Below, one piece after another: positions 1 to 8,884 of a DNA stretch of 64,000 nt. The stretch lies in the NCBI GenBank assembly GCA_036725345.1, contig DAIMEJ010000003.1, forward strand, positions 25,553 to 89,552, written 5' to 3'. The position numbers and the translations under genes are program-made. The first letter of the stretch is position 1, and every line of letters begins with the position of its first letter. Origin of the DNA: Syntrophales bacterium. GTDB taxonomy: Bacteria; Desulfobacterota; Syntrophia; Syntrophales; UBA2192. Under the pieces are notes generated by a model, which saw nothing but the letters and a program-made list of their open reading frames with translations, was not told where the DNA came from and made no database searches.

Positions 1-2
1 AC

Positions 3-356
3 GTCTATGAAGCCCATCCCGGCTACCTGGAGATGCTTCTCGGTCAGATCGACTCTCCTCAACTTCGTTTCTGCCTGGACACGGGGCATTTCAACGCCTT
101 CTCGAAGACGGACCTGGGCCTGTGGCTTGAAAAACTGGGGCCCTATGTGGGGGAACTGCACCTCCACGACAATGACGGTTCGGCCGATGATCATCTTCCC
201 GTGGGCAGGGGGAACTTTCCCTTCCCGCGGCTCTTTTCATTTCTCCAGGAGAGAAGGATGTCGCCGATCATCACGATTGAGCCTCACACGGAGAAAAATC
301 TCTGGGATACGGTGGTTCACATGCGCGAGACAAGTTTGCTGAATGATTGCTGCTAA
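3..356 (+). CDS. Sugar phosphate isomerase/epimerase family TIM-barrel protein (5' truncated by window edge)
   Basis: Frame open from nt 3; CLDTGH...ELHLHDNDGSADDHLPVGRG...ITIE motifs of the xylose isomerase-like/AP endonuclease 2 family. Confidence 0.8.
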   Translation, partial: VYEAHPGYLEMLLGQIDSPQLRFCLDTGHFNAFSKTDLGLWLEKLGPYVGELHLHDNDGSADDHLPVGRGNFPFPRLFSFLQERRMSPIITIEPHTEKNLWDTVVHMRETSLLNDCC

Positions 357-371
357 CGGGGGAGGTCACTT

Positions 372-1700
372 ATGAAACTGGCGTTTGTCGGAGCGGGGTA
401 TGTGGGACTTGTCGCCGCTGCCTGCTTTGCCGAAATGGGAAATGAGGTCATCTGTGTCGATGTGGACGAGAAGAGGATCGAGGGTCTCAAGAGGGGCGTC
501 ATACCGATCTTTGAACCGGGCCTCGATTCGATGGTGAAGAGGAACCATGACGGCGGGCGGCTGAAGTTCACGACGAGCCTGGAGGAAGCGGTCAGAAGCT
601 CCCTCGTCGTCTTCGTCGCCGTGGGCACGCCGCAGGACGAAAACGGTGCCGCCGACCTGATGTATGTCATCAAGGTCGCCCGGGACATCGGCGAGTTCAT
701 CGAGGAGTACAAGATCGTCGTTCTGAAGTCGACCGTTCCCGTCGGGACGTGTGACAAGGTCAAGAAAACCATCCTGGAAAGATTGACCGCCAGGGGGGTT
801 ACGGTCGAGTTCGACGTGGTGTCCAACCCGGAGTTTCTGAAGGAGGGAGACGCCATTAACGACTTCATGAAGCCTGACCGGGTCGTCATCGGCACGGATA
901 ACGTGAGAACGGCTGAACTCATGAAAGAGCTCTACGCGCCTTTTGCCATGGAAAGGGATAAATTGATTATCATGGACAACCGCAGCGCCGAAGTGACGAA
1001 GTATGCCGCAAACGCCATGCTCGCCACACGCATATCGTTCATGAACGAGATCGCCAATATCTGCGAGCGGGTGGGTGCCGATGTTTCCCTCGTGCGAAGG
1101 GGCATCGGGTCCGACCGGCGGATCGGCTACAGCTTCATCTATCCGGGGATCGGTTACGGCGGTTCCTGTTTCCCCAAGGACATACGGGCCCTCATCAACA
1201 CGGCGCGGGAGCACCAGTACAACTCCCAGTTGCTCTCGGCCGTCGACGGCGTCAACATGCGTCAGCGGGGGATCATGACCGACAGGGTTGTGCAATATTT
1301 TGAAAAGCGGGGAGGCGTCAAAGGCAGGACCGTGGCCGTCTGGGGACTTTCCTTCAAACCGAACACCGATGACGTCCGGGAGTCTCCGGCCATGGCAATC
1401 CTGTCGATGCTGGTGGAAAAGGGGATCCGGGTCCAGGCCTATGACCCGGAGGCCATTGCCAGTGCGAAACGGGTGCTGGGAGACAACCCGAACGTGACCT
1501 ATTTCGACAGTGCCTACGATGCCCTCGCCGGGGCCGACGCCCTGGTCCTCCTGACGGAGTGGTTCATGTTCCGGAAGCCCGATTTCGAACGGGTGAAGAA
1601 GCTGCTGAAAGCACCGGTCATATTCGACGGACGAAACCAGTATGATCCGGCGGAGATGAAAAACAGGGGTTTTGTCTACATGAGCGTCGGGCGAAAATAA
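372..1700 (+). CDS. ugd: UDP-glucose 6-dehydrogenase
   Basis: GAGYVG Rossmann motif, AVGTP, KSTVPVGT, NPEFLKEG, GYGGSCFPKD catalytic Cys, FKPNTDD. Confidence 0.95.
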   Translation: MKLAFVGAGYVGLVAAACFAEMGNEVICVDVDEKRIEGLKRGVIPIFEPGLDSMVKRNHDGGRLKFTTSLEEAVRSSLVVFVAVGTPQDENGAADLMYVIKVARDIGEFIEEYKIVVLKSTVPVGTCDKVKKTILERLTARGVTVEFDVVSNPEFLKEGDAINDFMKPDRVVIGTDNVRTAELMKELYAPFAMERDKLIIMDNRSAEVTKYAANAMLATRISFMNEIANICERVGADVSLVRRGIGSDRRIGYSFIYPGIGYGGSCFPKDIRALINTAREHQYNSQLLSAVDGVNMRQRGIMTDRVVQYFEKRGGVKGRTVAVWGLSFKPNTDDVRESPAMAILSMLVEKGIRVQAYDPEAIASAKRVLGDNPNVTYFDSAYDALAGADALVLLTEWFMFRKPDFERVKKLLKAPVIFDGRNQYDPAEMKNRGFVYMSVGRK

Positions 1701-1712
1701 GGGATAGGGGCC

Positions 1713-2687
1713 GTGCTTCGTTATACGCTGAGAAGGGTGTTTTTCATGATTCCGCTTCTGTTCGGGATCACGATCATCTGTTTTTCCGTCATGCACCTGG
1801 CCCCCGGCTCGCCCACGGATCTGCAGACCCAGATGAACCCCAGAGCCTCCGCCGAGTTGAGGGAGCGCCTGAGGGCCATGTATGATCTCGACAAGCCCTT
1901 GCATGTTCAGTACGCCCTCTGGGTCCGGAAGCTCGCCGTGCTCGATCTGGGGACATCCTTCTCGCCGGATCGCCGGAATGTGTCCGATAAGATTCTCGAG
2001 CGACTCCCCGTGACGGTCTCTCTCAATGTCCTGTCCATGATCCTGATCCTGTCGATCGCGATCCCCATCGGCGTCCTGTCGGCGGTGCACCAGGGCTCCC
2101 TCTTCGACAAGTTGACCGGCGTCTTCGTCTTCATCGGTTTCGCCGTCCCGACGTTCTGGCTGGCCCTCCTCCTCATGATCCTTTTCGGGGTGAACCTCGA
2201 CTGGCTGCCCATATCGGGGCTGCGGTCCCTGAACTATGAGTACATGCCGCCGCTCGCGGCTTTCGCCGACCTCATCAAGCACCTCATCCTTCCCGTCACG
2301 CTGGCCGCCTTCGGGGGACTCGCGGGGCTCTCCCGGTACATGCGATCGAACATGCTGGAGGTCATCCGCCAGGATTACATCGTGACGGCCCGCGCGAAGG
2401 GACTGTCGGAGCGGGCGGTCATCTACAAGCACGCGCTCCGGAATGCCCTCCTGCCCGTCATCACGCTCCTGGGACTTTCCGTGCCGGGCCTGATCGGCGG
2501 AAGCGTTATCTTCGAAACCATATTCGGCATCCCCGGGATGGGACAGCTCTTCTACATGTCCGTCATGTCGAGGGACTACCCGGTCGTCATGGGCATCCTG
2601 GTGATCGGGGCCGTTTTGACCCTGCTGGGGAATCTCCTGGCCGACATTTCCTATGCCCTGGCCGATCCGAGGATCCGGATCTCCTGA
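1713..2687 (+). CDS. Peptide/nickel ABC transporter permease (DppB/OppB family)
   Basis: Hydrophobic; EAA loop [31 protein letters not shown]; GTG start with GGG/AGGG upstream. Confidence 0.92.
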   Translation: MLRYTLRRVFFMIPLLFGITIICFSVMHLAPGSPTDLQTQMNPRASAELRERLRAMYDLDKPLHVQYALWVRKLAVLDLGTSFSPDRRNVSDKILERLPVTVSLNVLSMILILSIAIPIGVLSAVHQGSLFDKLTGVFVFIGFAVPTFWLALLLMILFGVNLDWLPISGLRSLNYEYMPPLAAFADLIKHLILPVTLAAFGGLAGLSRYMRSNMLEVIRQDYIVTARAKGLSERAVIYKHALRNALLPVITLLGLSVPGLIGGSVIFETIFGIPGMGQLFYMSVMSRDYPVVMGILVIGAVLTLLGNLLADISYALADPRIRIS

Positions 2688-2737
2688 GGGAAGCGGGACA
2701 TGGCGTGAGCACCTTGTCGTGACGGAAGGCTGAACGG

Positions 2738-3571
2738 ATGGAAAGAGATTTCTGGCAGCGATTCTCCAAAAACGAACTGGCCCTTGCGGGGTGCGTCATC
2801 GTGGTCTGCCTGTTTTTCGTCTCCCTCCTCGCGCCCTGGATTTCGCCCTACGATCCGACGGAAATACACCTGGACAATATTCTTGCAGCCCCGTCGGCGG
2901 ATCACTGGCTGGGGACGGATCAACTGGGACGTGACGTCTTGAGCCGGATGATCTGGGGATCGCAGATCTCCCTCAAGGTCGGGTTCGTCTCCACGGGGAT
3001 CGCCATCTTCATCGGAACCCTGCTCGGCGCCGTGGCCGGGTACTACGGCCGGATGGTCGATACGGTTATCATGCGGTTCGTGGACATCATGCTGTGCTTT
3101 CCGACGTTTTTCCTCATCCTGGCCGTCATCGCCGTCCTGGAGCCGTCGATATGGAATATCATGGTGATCATCGGCATCACGGGTTGGATGGGCATCACGC
3201 GGCTCGTCCGGGCCGATTTCATCAGCCTGAAGGAACGGGATTTCGTCCAGGCGGCGAGGGCGATCGGGGCCAGCGATTTCAGGATCATCTTCATCCACAT
3301 CCTGCCGAATGCCATGGCCTCGATTCTCGTGGCGGCGACCCTGGGAATTGCCGGGGCCATTCTCACGGAGTCCGCACTGAGTTTTCTCGGCATCGGCGTT
3401 CAGCCGCCCACGCCGAGCTGGGGGAACATCCTCACGGCGGGGAAGGACAACATCGATATCGCCTGGTGGCTGTCTCTTTTCCCGGGGCTGGCGATTCTGG
3501 TGACCGTCCTGGGCTATAACATGCTGGGCGAGGGGATCCGGGATACGCTGGATCCAAGGCTGCGGGGTTAG
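2738..3571 (+). CDS. Peptide/nickel ABC transporter permease (DppC/OppC family)
   Basis: HWLGTDQLGRDVLSR, FVQAARAIGA, HILPN, ESALSFLGIG, PSWG motifs. Confidence 0.92.
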   Translation: MERDFWQRFSKNELALAGCVIVVCLFFVSLLAPWISPYDPTEIHLDNILAAPSADHWLGTDQLGRDVLSRMIWGSQISLKVGFVSTGIAIFIGTLLGAVAGYYGRMVDTVIMRFVDIMLCFPTFFLILAVIAVLEPSIWNIMVIIGITGWMGITRLVRADFISLKERDFVQAARAIGASDFRIIFIHILPNAMASILVAATLGIAGAILTESALSFLGIGVQPPTPSWGNILTAGKDNIDIAWWLSLFPGLAILVTVLGYNMLGEGIRDTLDPRLRG

Positions 3572-3651
3572 CCCGGGGCGCGGGTCCGGGACAGCCGTCG
3601 GTGGGACGAAAAGCACAGCACGAAGACTCGAATCAGGGAGGGAACCGAGAG

Positions 3652-3831
3652 ATGAAAAAGGACAAGGCAAAGTATCAGGATCTGTTGGACAAGAGGATCG
3701 TGGCGCTGAAACTCGTCCGGGGGGAGATGACGCCGCAGGCACTCAAGGCCTATTTGAAGAACGTCCCTGACGCGTCGGACGACGCCGTGGAGATCGTCGT
3801 CGAACCGGTCAAACGAAGAAAGAAGTCGTGA
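3652..3831 (+). CDS. Small basic hypothetical protein (59 aa)
   Basis: ATG at 3652 after GGAGGGA; sits flush between dppC and tatD (stop 2 nt before tatD ATG); normal codon usage. Confidence 0.6.
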   Translation: MKKDKAKYQDLLDKRIVALKLVRGEMTPQALKAYLKNVPDASDDAVEIVVEPVKRRKKS

Positions 3832-3832
3832 C

Positions 3833-4660
3833 ATGACGCCGGAGGCCCGGGTTGTTGATACCCACGCACATCTGGAGATGAGTGCCTTCGACCGGGACCG
3901 GGACGCCGTCATCCGGCGCGCGCAGGAGGCCGGTGTCCAGTATATCGTCACCGTCGGGACCACCCTCGCTGAGTGCCGGAAAGCCATCGACATCGCCGGC
4001 CGGTACGAGCCGGTCTATGCCGTCATCGGCATTCACCCCCACGAGGTGAAACACATCGACGGCCGGACCTACGACACCCTGAGGGCCCTGGCGAAATCCC
4101 CGAAGGTGGTCGCCTACGGGGAGATAGGCCTCGATTTTTTCCGGAACCTCTCACCGAGGAACTGGCAGATCAAAAGGTTCGAGGAACAGCTCGAGGTGGC
4201 CGACGCCCTGGGGCTTCCCGTCGTGATCCACGACAGGGATGCCCACCGGGAGACCCTGAACGCCCTGAAACACCGGCCGGCCGCGAAGAGAGGGGTCATC
4301 CACTGTTTTTCAGGTGACGAGGCCATGGCCCGGCAGTGCCTGGACATGGGTTTTTACATTTCCATTCCGGGGACGGTCACCTATGAAAAGAACGAGCGGC
4401 TGAGGTCGATCGTCCGAAACCTTCCCCTCGCGAGCCTGCTCGTCGAAACGGATTGCCCCTATCTCACCCCCGTGCCGAACCGGGGCAAGCGGAATGAACC
4501 GTCTTACGTGCTTTACACGGCCCGGTGCATCTCCGAGATCAAGGGGGTGCCGCTCGAGGAAGTGGCCAGGGTCACCTCCGAAGGCGCGAAGGCGCTGTTC
4601 GGCATCGGCTGCCCCCGGACGTTGAAGTCCCCAGACAGTCCGTCTGGAATATCGGCTTGA
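3833..4660 (+). CDS. tatD: TatD family hydrolase (metal-dependent DNase)
   Basis: DTHAHL, IGIHPH, GEIGLDF, IHDRDAH, GVIHCFSG, ETDCPYL, NEP motifs. Confidence 0.93.
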   Translation: MTPEARVVDTHAHLEMSAFDRDRDAVIRRAQEAGVQYIVTVGTTLAECRKAIDIAGRYEPVYAVIGIHPHEVKHIDGRTYDTLRALAKSPKVVAYGEIGLDFFRNLSPRNWQIKRFEEQLEVADALGLPVVIHDRDAHRETLNALKHRPAAKRGVIHCFSGDEAMARQCLDMGFYISIPGTVTYEKNERLRSIVRNLPLASLLVETDCPYLTPVPNRGKRNEPSYVLYTARCISEIKGVPLEEVARVTSEGAKALFGIGCPRTLKSPDSPSGISA

Positions 4661-4692
4661 TTATCGGCAAGAAAAGGGGTATACAGACAAAA

Positions 4693-4768
4693 AAGCCTGG
4701 GGGTGCCCGAGCGGCTGAGATCATACCCCTTGAACCTGACCTGGGTAATGCCAGCGTAGGGAGCGGTT
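4693..4768 (+). ncRNA. TPP (THI-box) riboswitch
   Basis: GGGGTGCC...GCTGAGA...ACCC..TGAACCTGA.CTGGGTAATGCCAGCGTAGGGA matches the TPP aptamer core; directly upstream of thiamine genes. Confidence 0.95.
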
Positions 4769-4787
4769 GTGAAAATCCGGACATCGT

Positions 4788-4825
4788 GGGGCACATCCTG
4801 GATTATCAGGCTGTGCCCTTTTTTT
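4788..4825 (+). terminator. Intrinsic terminator, expression platform of the TPP riboswitch
   Basis: GGGCACA-TCCTG-gattat-CAGG-c-TGTGCCC stem followed by 7 T. Confidence 0.8.
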
Positions 4826-4934
4826 GTCCGGTGACCGGAAATCTCCAGCCTTCAAGGTCGAGCGGTCGCTGATCTCGTCGAAGACGTCTTCGATCCTTTT
4901 TCCCGGGGAAAATCCAGATGGCGGAGCTGAAGCT

Positions 4935-6281
4935 ATGAAAACGATCAGAGTGCTGACGGTGGCGGGATCCGATTCAGGGGGAGGCGCGGGCATCCAGGCC
5001 GACCTCAAGACCATTTCGGCCCTCGGGGGGTTCGGCATGACGGTGATCACGGCCCTCACGGCGCAAAACACGCTGGGCGTGCAGGGGGTTTACGAGATCC
5101 CCGTCGATTTCATCGAGAAACAATTCGATTCTGTGGCGTCGGACATCGGTGTCGATGGGGCAAAGACCGGGATGCTTTCCTCGTCGGACATCATCCGGGC
5201 GGTGGCAGGGAAGTTCCGACAGTACGGCATCGAGAAACTCGTCGTCGACCCCGTCATGGTCGCGAAGGGGGGCAGTGCGCTCCTGCGGGAAGACGCGCGG
5301 GAGACGCTGATCAGGGAACTCCTCCCCCTTGCCCTGGTTGCCACACCCAACATCCCCGAGGCGGAGGTGCTCACGGGGATTCGCATGACCGGCGTCGACG
5401 ATATGAGGGACGCGGCCATGGCCATCCACAGGCTCGGCGCGCGGAACGTGGTGGTCAAGGGGGGACACCTCGCGGGGGATGCCCTGGACCTCCTCTACGA
5501 CGGCAAAACATTTCACCCCGTCTCATCCCCCCGCATTGAGACGAAGCACACCCACGGGACGGGCTGCACGTTTGCCTCGGCCATCGCGACGGGACTTGCG
5601 GAAGGGAGATCCGTCCGGGAAGCCGTGACAAAGGCCAAGATTTATGTGACGGAGGCGATCCGCTTCGGCCTTGCCATCGGCGGCGGCCAGGGACCGACAA
5701 ACCACTTCGCCCCGGTTCTCCGGGAGGGCGAACGCTATCGCTGTATCGAGGAACTGAAACAGGCCATCGCAAGGCTGAAGGGCGAAGGGACGGGAAACGT
5801 CATTCCCGAAATCCAGTCCAATTTCGGCTACGCCATCCCCTTTGCCCTGTCGGCCGCCGACGTGGCAGCCGTTCCCGGACGCATCATCCGCGTCGGGGAG
5901 AACGCGGAGACCCTCCACGATCCGGCCTTCGGCGCCTCGAGTCACGTTGCGAAAGTGATTCTCGCGGTCATGCGTTTTGACGGCAGTTACCGATCGGCCA
6001 TGAACATACGCTTCTCCGACGAAATCGTCGACATCCTGAAGGTCCTCAAATTCGACGTGGCGAGCTTCGATCGGGCGGAGGAGCCGGTGGAAATGAAACT
6101 TCGCGAGGGCTCTTCACTCGAGTGGGGTACGACGGATGCCCTTTCACGGCACAAGGGAGTCCCCGATGCCGTCTTCGATCGGGGCGGCGAGGGGAAGGAA
6201 CCCATCGTGCGCGTCCTGGGGCGCAACCCCGCGGAGGTGGCCGACAAGGTTATCAAAGTGTCGAAGGCCCTGCGTAAGTGA
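4935..6281 (+). CDS. thiD: Bifunctional HMP/HMP-P kinase fused to archaeal-type thiamine-phosphate synthase (ThiD-ThiN)
   Basis: N-term AGSDSGGGAGIQADLKT, DPVMVAKGG, TPN, HTHGTGC (ThiD); C-term ~180 aa PEIQSNFGY...FGASSHVA...RSAMNIR...EGSSLEWG...PDAVFDRGGEGKEPIVRVLG (ThiN/ThiP_synth). Confidence 0.9.
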   Translation: MKTIRVLTVAGSDSGGGAGIQADLKTISALGGFGMTVITALTAQNTLGVQGVYEIPVDFIEKQFDSVASDIGVDGAKTGMLSSSDIIRAVAGKFRQYGIEKLVVDPVMVAKGGSALLREDARETLIRELLPLALVATPNIPEAEVLTGIRMTGVDDMRDAAMAIHRLGARNVVVKGGHLAGDALDLLYDGKTFHPVSSPRIETKHTHGTGCTFASAIATGLAEGRSVREAVTKAKIYVTEAIRFGLAIGGGQGPTNHFAPVLREGERYRCIEELKQAIARLKGEGTGNVIPEIQSNFGYAIPFALSAADVAAVPGRIIRVGENAETLHDPAFGASSHVAKVILAVMRFDGSYRSAMNIRFSDEIVDILKVLKFDVASFDRAEEPVEMKLREGSSLEWGTTDALSRHKGVPDAVFDRGGEGKEPIVRVLGRNPAEVADKVIKVSKALRK

Positions 6282-6282
6282 T

Positions 6283-6381
6283 AGAAGTTGAGAAGTTAGG
6301 AAGTTCAGAAGACAGGAGGAAGAACGAGACAAAAACCCGGCCAGTTACCCAATCTTCGCAACTTCATAAATTCCTAACTTC
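6283..6381. repeat. Inverted element built from 8-nt periodic GAAGTT units (copy 1)
   Basis: Left arm AGAAGTTG-AGAAGTTA-GGAAGTTC-AGAAG; right arm CTTCGCAA-CTTCATAA-ATTCCTAA-CTTC is its approximate reverse complement. Confidence 0.7.
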
Positions 6382-6455
6382 GTGAACTGCCGGCTCATGC
6401 TGCTGGAAACTCGAAGCTTATTTTAGAATTGGCTGGAGTAAGGAGGACTTGAGAG

Positions 6456-7229
6456 ATGCCACTCAACGAAGTCACGATCACCAGGGCCATCGTCGAGACG
6501 TACACAAGGAAGCTGCTGGCGCACCTTGACGTCGACGCGGCCGTTGTGGGCGGCGGTCCCGCGGGGCTTGTCGCGTCCTACTTTCTCGCGATGGCCGGGA
6601 AGAGAGTGGCCGTTTTCGAGCGCAAGCTCAGCATCGGCGGCGGCATGTGGGGCGGCGGGATGATGTTCAACGAGATCGTCGTCCAGGAGGAGGCAAAGGA
6701 AATACTGGACCTCTTCGGGGTCCGGACGGAGCGGTACGAGCCCGGCTACTACACGGCCGACGCCATCGAGGCGGTCACCACGATCTGCTCCCGCGCCATG
6801 CAGGCGGGGGCAAAGGTGTTCAACTGCATCACCGTCGAGGACGTGGTCATCCGTGAAAGCCGCGTCATGGGTCTCGTCATCACGTGGTCGCCCGTGGAGA
6901 TGACGGGACTTCACGTGGACCCGCTCACGATCCACGCGAAGTCCGTGATCGACGCCACGGGACACGACACGGAGGTTCTGCGCGTCATCGAGCGAAAGGC
7001 CGACGTAAAGCTTTTCACCGAGACGGGCAAAATCATGGGCGAGCGCTCCATGTGGTCCGAGAAGGCCGAGAGGCTCACGATCGACAACACCCGGGAGATC
7101 TGTCCCGGCGTTTACGTGGCCGGCATGTCGGCCAACGCCGCCTTCGGCGGTCCCCGAATGGGGCCCATCTTCGGCGGGATGCTGCTGTCGGGTCGCCGTG
7201 TGGCGGAGCTGATCCTGGCCGCGGGATAG
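6456..7229 (+). CDS. thi4: Sulfide-dependent adenosine diphosphate thiazole synthase (Thi4, His-type)
   Basis: [43 protein letters not shown]; AGGAGG SD. Confidence 0.93.
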   Translation: MPLNEVTITRAIVETYTRKLLAHLDVDAAVVGGGPAGLVASYFLAMAGKRVAVFERKLSIGGGMWGGGMMFNEIVVQEEAKEILDLFGVRTERYEPGYYTADAIEAVTTICSRAMQAGAKVFNCITVEDVVIRESRVMGLVITWSPVEMTGLHVDPLTIHAKSVIDATGHDTEVLRVIERKADVKLFTETGKIMGERSMWSEKAERLTIDNTREICPGVYVAGMSANAAFGGPRMGPIFGGMLLSGRRVAELILAAG

Positions 7230-7256
7230 AGGATTGCACGTTCAGCATTCTTACAG

Positions 7257-7376
7257 TTGATAGACGATTTTCGACCGCTCTAACGCTCGCTTCACTGCAA
7301 CGCAAAAACTCGCCCTTCGGGCTCAGACAGTTTGCGTTGCGGAAGTTTCGCTTCGTGAAGAGCGGTTACCGTCAAC
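7257..7376. repeat. Long imperfect palindrome (REP/MITE-like) between thi4 and thiC
   Basis: Nested inverted pairs ACCGCTCT/AGAGCGGT (7274/7366), GCAACGCAAA/TTTGCGTTGC and apical GCCC-TTCG-GGC. Confidence 0.65.
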
Positions 7377-7433
7377 ACGCCCAATTTCGCTATTCAGAAT
7401 TTTGATAGCTTGCCTGGGTAATAAGGTACTGCA

Positions 7434-8738
7434 ATGGGAACAAATAATATGACCCAGCTTGAAATGGCGCGCCGGGGAATCATCTCCGGAGAGATGGCGT
7501 CCTGCGCGAAGCACGAGCACGTCGAGGCCGAGTTCATCCGGAAGGGCGTCGAAGACGGCACGATCGTTGTCGTCCGTAACAACCGGCATCGCACGATCCC
7601 GGCCCTGGCCATCGGCAAGGGTCTCCGGACGAAGATCAACACCAACATCGGGACATCGAAGGACAGGGCGGACACGGCCCTGGAACTGGAGAAGGTCCGC
7701 GTTTCCATTGCCGCCGGTACCGACACAGTCATGGACCTCTCCACGGGGGGTGATCTCGGGGCGATCCGTCGCGCCGTCATCAGCGCATCGGACGTCGCCG
7801 TGGGGACCGTTCCCATCTACCAGGCCGCCGTGGCGGCCGTGAAGGCGGGCAAGGCCATCGTGGAGATGACGGCGGACGAGCTCTTCGCGGCGATCAAGGA
7901 AAACAGCGAGGACGGCGTGGACTTCATCACCATCCACTGCGGGGTCACACGGCAGAGCGTCGCCCGAATCGAGCGGCAGGGGCGGCTCCTGGGGATCGTG
8001 AGCCGCGGGGGATCCATTCTTGCCCACTGGATGGACTTCAACAATCGGGAAAATCCGCTCTACGAGGATTACGATCGGCTCCTGACCATCGCGAAGAAAT
8101 ACGACATGGTCCTGAGCCTCGGCGACGGTCTGCGTCCGGGATGCCTCTCCGACGCCACAGACCGGGGCCAGGTGCAGGAACTCATCCTCCTGGGGGAACT
8201 GACCCGCAGGGCGAGGGAACAGGGCGTCCAGGTCATGATCGAAGGCCCCGGCCATGTGCCGATCCAGGAGATCAAGGCCAACGTCCTTATGGAGAAGAGC
8301 CTCTGCAATGGGGCTCCCTTCTATGTTCTGGGGCCGCTCCCCACGGACGTCGCCCCCGGCTACGACCACATCACGGCGGCCATCGGCGGGGCCATCGCCG
8401 GATGGGCCGGCGCCGACTTTCTCTGCTACGTCACCCCCGCGGAGCACCTGCGCCTTCCCACCCTCGACGATGTCCGGGAAGGGGTGATCGCCTCGAAGAT
8501 CGCCGCCCACATTGCCGACATCGCCAAGGGCATCCCCGGCGCGATCGAACGGGACCACCGCATGGCCCGTTGCCGGAAGGAATTCGACTGGGAAGGTCAG
8601 ATCGGATCGTCCCTCGACCCGGTCCGCTCGAGGGCCTGGCTCGAGAAGAGCAAAAGCGCCGGGGAAGAGGGCTGCACGATGTGCGGGGATCTGTGCGCGG
8701 TGAGATTGGGCAAGAAGAGGAAGTCTGGCCCAAGTTGA
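7434..8738 (+). CDS. thiC: Phosphomethylpyrimidine synthase
   Basis: KINTNIGTS, MDLSTGG, GTVPIYQ, SRGGS, SLGDGLRPG, EGPGHVP, APGYDHIT, C-terminal CTMCGDLC Fe-S motif; in TPP-regulated operon; start may be 7449. Confidence 0.92.
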   Translation: MGTNNMTQLEMARRGIISGEMASCAKHEHVEAEFIRKGVEDGTIVVVRNNRHRTIPALAIGKGLRTKINTNIGTSKDRADTALELEKVRVSIAAGTDTVMDLSTGGDLGAIRRAVISASDVAVGTVPIYQAAVAAVKAGKAIVEMTADELFAAIKENSEDGVDFITIHCGVTRQSVARIERQGRLLGIVSRGGSILAHWMDFNNRENPLYEDYDRLLTIAKKYDMVLSLGDGLRPGCLSDATDRGQVQELILLGELTRRAREQGVQVMIEGPGHVPIQEIKANVLMEKSLCNGAPFYVLGPLPTDVAPGYDHITAAIGGAIAGWAGADFLCYVTPAEHLRLPTLDDVREGVIASKIAAHIADIAKGIPGAIERDHRMARCRKEFDWEGQIGSSLDPVRSRAWLEKSKSAGEEGCTMCGDLCAVRLGKKRKSGPS

Positions 8739-8782
8739 ACGATAGACAGGTCAATAGTATCGATAAAGCTCCCTGTAAAGGA

Positions 8783-8861
8783 CGAAGATAGGAAGTTATG
8801 AAGTTAAGAAGAGCGGAGAAGTTTCATCCGGACTTCTCATCTTCTCAACCTCTCAACTTCT
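8783..8861. repeat. Inverted element built from 8-nt periodic GAAGTT units (copy 2)
   Basis: CGAAGATA-GGAAGTTA-TGAAGTTA-AGAAGAGC...CTTCTCAT-CTTCTCAA-CCTCTCAA-CTTCT; lies between convergent genes. Confidence 0.7.
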
Positions 8862-8884
8862 TTCATTGCAAGGATACGCCTTCT

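Noticed and set aside
366-2432. 688-aa antisense ORF (likewise 11458-13329 +, 25480-27054 -, 28392-30392 -, 61817-63133 +)
   Set aside because: Shadow ORFs opposite clear genes, expected from GC-rich codon bias; no recognisable motifs
6283-6381. CRISPR array or telomere-like repeat for the GAAGTT units
   Set aside because: Units are 8 nt with no spacers and no cas genes; kept as an intergenic hairpin repeat
7434-8738. BzaA/BzaB/BzaF (cobamide lower-ligand) rather than ThiC
   Set aside because: The families are paralogous, but the gene sits in a TPP-riboswitch operon with thiD and thi4, and there is no cobalamin context
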